From Phycisphaerae bacterium (GTDB taxonomy: Bacteria; Planctomycetota; Phycisphaerae; UBA1845): a stretch of 51,410 bases of DNA. Positions within the stretch are counted from its first letter, which is position 1. Every line of letters starts with the position of its first letter. Positions 51,160 to 51,410 of the stretch are shown in pieces. The notes under the pieces are model-generated. The model had not been told where the DNA came from and did not search any database. It saw only the letters and a list, made by a program, of their open reading frames with translations. A program made the translations under genes and the position numbers. Location of the stretch: contig JBMYUM010000001.1 of NCBI GenBank assembly GCA_049605375.1, positions 1 to 51,410 of the forward strand, given 5' to 3'.

Positions 51160-51410
51160 ATGAGCGTGGTTCCGTATGATTTCACCATCGTTTACTTGAA
51201 GAACGGTATTATTCATGAGCTAGGCGGAGAATTTTCTCCCATTGCCCCGTGCCCGAAGAAAGGGGATCGCCTCAGCGATTTTGTGCGATCAAGGGGAGGG
51301 AAATTTGAGCAGAAGATCAAAGAAATCGAGGCACAGACCGCAATCATCGTTCAAGCGGAGAGCCGTCAGGCGTTGGAGCATATCGAAGATCTCGCAGTGG
51401 ATGGCGTCGA
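51160..51410 (+). CDS. partial CDS running off the window end (hypothetical)
   Basis: ATG 51160. 83 codons with no stop to base 51410 (MSVVPYDFTIVYLKNGIIHELGG ...). Not in the ORF track, presumably because no stop is present. Confidence 0.35.
   Translation, partial: MSVVPYDFTIVYLKNGIIHELGGEFSPIAPCPKKGDRLSDFVRSRGGKFEQKIKEIEAQTAIIVQAESRQALEHIEDLAVDGV

Larger units (their letters stand above)
5798..51410. mobile_element. integrated lambda-like siphovirus prophage (left end at tRNA fragment; right end not seen, probably beyond window)
   Basis: Integrase lies next to a tRNA 3-prime fragment. It is followed by excisionase-type HTH, methyltransferase, replication initiator with iterons, TerS/TerL(GpA), lambda-family portal, S49 protease, DUF2190, E-type capsid, tape measure and tail-fibre-like genes. 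Nearly all are on the plus strand with overlapping stop/start codons. Confidence 0.85.

Overview
The window has two parts. Bases 1-5750 are a host cell-surface polysaccharide locus: a PglC-type priming sugar transferase, a lipoprotein, a DUF4114/LruC-type secreted protein, a Wzy/O-antigen-ligase-like membrane protein and a GT4 glycosyltransferase. It ends at a truncated tRNA-Arg(TCT) 3-prime half at 5756-5797. Everything from about 5798 to at least 50190, and probably past the window end, reads as one integrated lambda-like siphovirus prophage.

Prophage gene order:
- tyrosine integrase
- an AT-richer cargo block (small secreted Cys-rich protein, transmembrane Ser/Thr kinase, 149-aa protein)
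- a divergent control region, then an excisionase-type HTH
- a long same-strand early region of small, often CxxC-rich genes, with an orphan beta-class DNA methyltransferase, a replication initiator carrying in-gene iterons, and a half-size sliding-clamp-like protein
- a secreted beta-helix protein and a repeat-containing fibre
- TerS, then GpA-type TerL
- an AT-richer inserted island (AlbA_2/Schlafen-like protein plus multi-TM protein)
- lambda-family portal, S49 protease-scaffold, DUF2190 decoration protein and E-type major capsid protein
- head-tail genes, a tape measure, and a distal tail/host-range block (LamG protein, two Cys-rich proteins)

I found no rRNA, CRISPR array, reverse transcriptase, endolysin or obvious CI-type repressor.

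The most interesting items:
- The two low-GC cargo modules: the kinase operon next to int, and the AlbA_2 + membrane-protein island between terminase and portal. Both are candidate anti-phage or lysogenic-conversion systems.
- A cluster of GGAAGTAG/CTACTTCC palindromes inside the tail operon.
- In-gene ori iterons.
- An A9 slippery site whose -1 frame ends at the tape-measure start.
- Disulfide-type CC-modules shared by a tail protein and a small secreted cargo protein.

All family calls come from motif recognition by eye. No database search was run. A Planctomycetes-like host is only a low-confidence impression.
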